Shown here piece by piece: positions 63,127 to 64,000 of a stretch of DNA of 64,000 nt. Position 1 is the stretch's first letter; every line of letters begins with the position of its first letter. The translations under genes were made by a program, and so were the position numbers. The stretch is taken from assembly GCF_006345805.1 (NCBI RefSeq), contig NC_042997.1, positions 201,004,001 through 201,068,000 of the forward strand, given 5' to 3'. The notes under the pieces were generated by a model. That model was not told the DNA's origin. It worked only from the letters and a program-made list of their open reading frames with translations, and made no database searches. Source of the stretch: Octopus sinensis. Taxonomy: Eukaryota.

Positions 63127-63128
<2 letters not shown>
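62114..63128 (+). mobile_element. Helentron-associated element (HINE) interrupted by a ~600-bp insert
   Basis: 5' actccacc-ttagtg-aaggcagag; 3' subTIR cttggtggaggt and terminal hairpin gcactc-tct-gagtgc; T-rich flanks; the uninterrupted homologue is at 43181-43408. Confidence 0.75.
62656..62826 (+). pseudogene. Ty3/Gypsy integrase C-terminal (GPY/F-region) remnant
   Basis: With one frameshift: SWTHVFVHNNVVKPSLTASYVGPFCFLSCMDKFFTIDLNGPRDTISVNRLKEAF, matching THVFVR..VR.PL..PYxGPF.V......FTI..NG..DTVSIDRLKPA. Confidence 0.8.
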
Positions 63129-63162
<34 letters not shown>

Positions 63163-63164
63163 GC

Positions 63165-63432
63165 TGCCTTGACTGGCTTCCGTGCTGGTGGCACGTAAAA
63201 AGCACCAACTGATTGTGGCCATTGCCAGCCTCCTCTGGCACCTGTGCCAGTGGCACGTAAAAAGCACCCACTGCACTCTTAGAGTGGTTGGCCTTGAAGA
63301 GCATCCAGCTGTAGAAACACTGCCAGATCAGACTGGAGCCTGGTGCAGCCTTCTGGCTTCCTAGACCCCAGTCGAACCGTCCAACCCATGCTAGCATGGA
63401 AAACGGACATTAAACGATGATGATGATGATGA
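63165..63432 (+). mobile_element. RTE 3'UTR copy after a (TTA)n tract
   Basis: Family motifs plus (GAT)n tail. Confidence 0.9.
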
Positions 63433-64000
63433 AGGGAGCTGTCAGAATCGTTAGCCCATAAGACAAAACGCTGAGCAGTATTTTGTCCATCTTTATGTTC
63501 TGTTTCATATTCAACCAAGGTCCAATTTGCCTTTTATCCCTTCAAGGTTGATGAAATAAGAACTAATTAGGAACTAAGCCAATGTAATCAACTAGCCGCC
63601 TCCCCAAATATTCAGGTCTTGGGCCTACAGCAGAAAAGATTATCAAATTAGTTATGGAACACAAATCGGCAGGAATTTTTGATGGAAGGTTTTAATTTAG
63701 AAAATTTGCCTGTTAGACCCAGCAACAGTTTAAAGCAAGTCTTGGAAATGGGTTGATATCAAAAAGGCTAAAACTGAAGAATATTTTTAGTCCTGATGAT
63801 GTAATTTGTTGTGCCTTGGAAATATTTCAAAGGAATTCCAAATCAATTTAATTCTTATGAAGCTTAAACTATTTGATTTTATAGTCCCCTCATTTTCAAT
63901 ATCTGCAGTTAAATCTTTTTTTCTATTTTCATAACCATTTTTTTGTCCATTTTTAGAAAAATTCCTGTGAGATATTTATTTATCATCCATCTCATGTCAG

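Overview
AT-rich eukaryotic DNA with no prokaryotic features and no host protein-coding gene I can identify. From the repeat families as I recall them, it is most likely intronic or intergenic DNA of a coleoid cephalopod (Octopus-like); this is an inference, not a database result. The window is a dense mosaic of repeats: (i) over 20 copies of a ~410-bp tRNA-headed SINE with an internal (TA)n(TG)n tract (family A) and ~20 copies of a second tRNA-headed SINE (family B); (ii) ~17 5'-truncated RTE-clade LINE 3' ends with (GAT)n tails, two still joined to ORF2 ends; (iii) three R4/Dong-type restriction-like-endonuclease LINE fragments, all next to (TAA)n tracts; (iv) a CR1-type 3' end and a Gypsy integrase remnant; (v) DNA transposons: a full-length but dead 1260-bp Tc1/mariner with DD36E spacing, a second Tc1 fragment, a piggyBac transposase remnant plus TTAA MITEs, hAT remnants and MITEs, a non-autonomous Helitron and Helentron-type HINEs; (vi) long microsatellites, which explain nearly all long ORFs in the supplied track. 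The most interesting signals are three minimal type I hammerhead-ribozyme folds (Penelope-like, each with core substitutions), a recurring pattern of insertions flanked by 38-350 bp direct repeats, a dimeric RTE-3'UTR element with a variable 62-bp stem-loop array present twice, a Gypsy fragment inside a HINE, and a perfect 182-bp inverted repeat. None of these proves a new biological system; all are testable leads. SINE and LINE boundaries are approximate (about +/-20 bp) unless defined by TIRs or TSDs.
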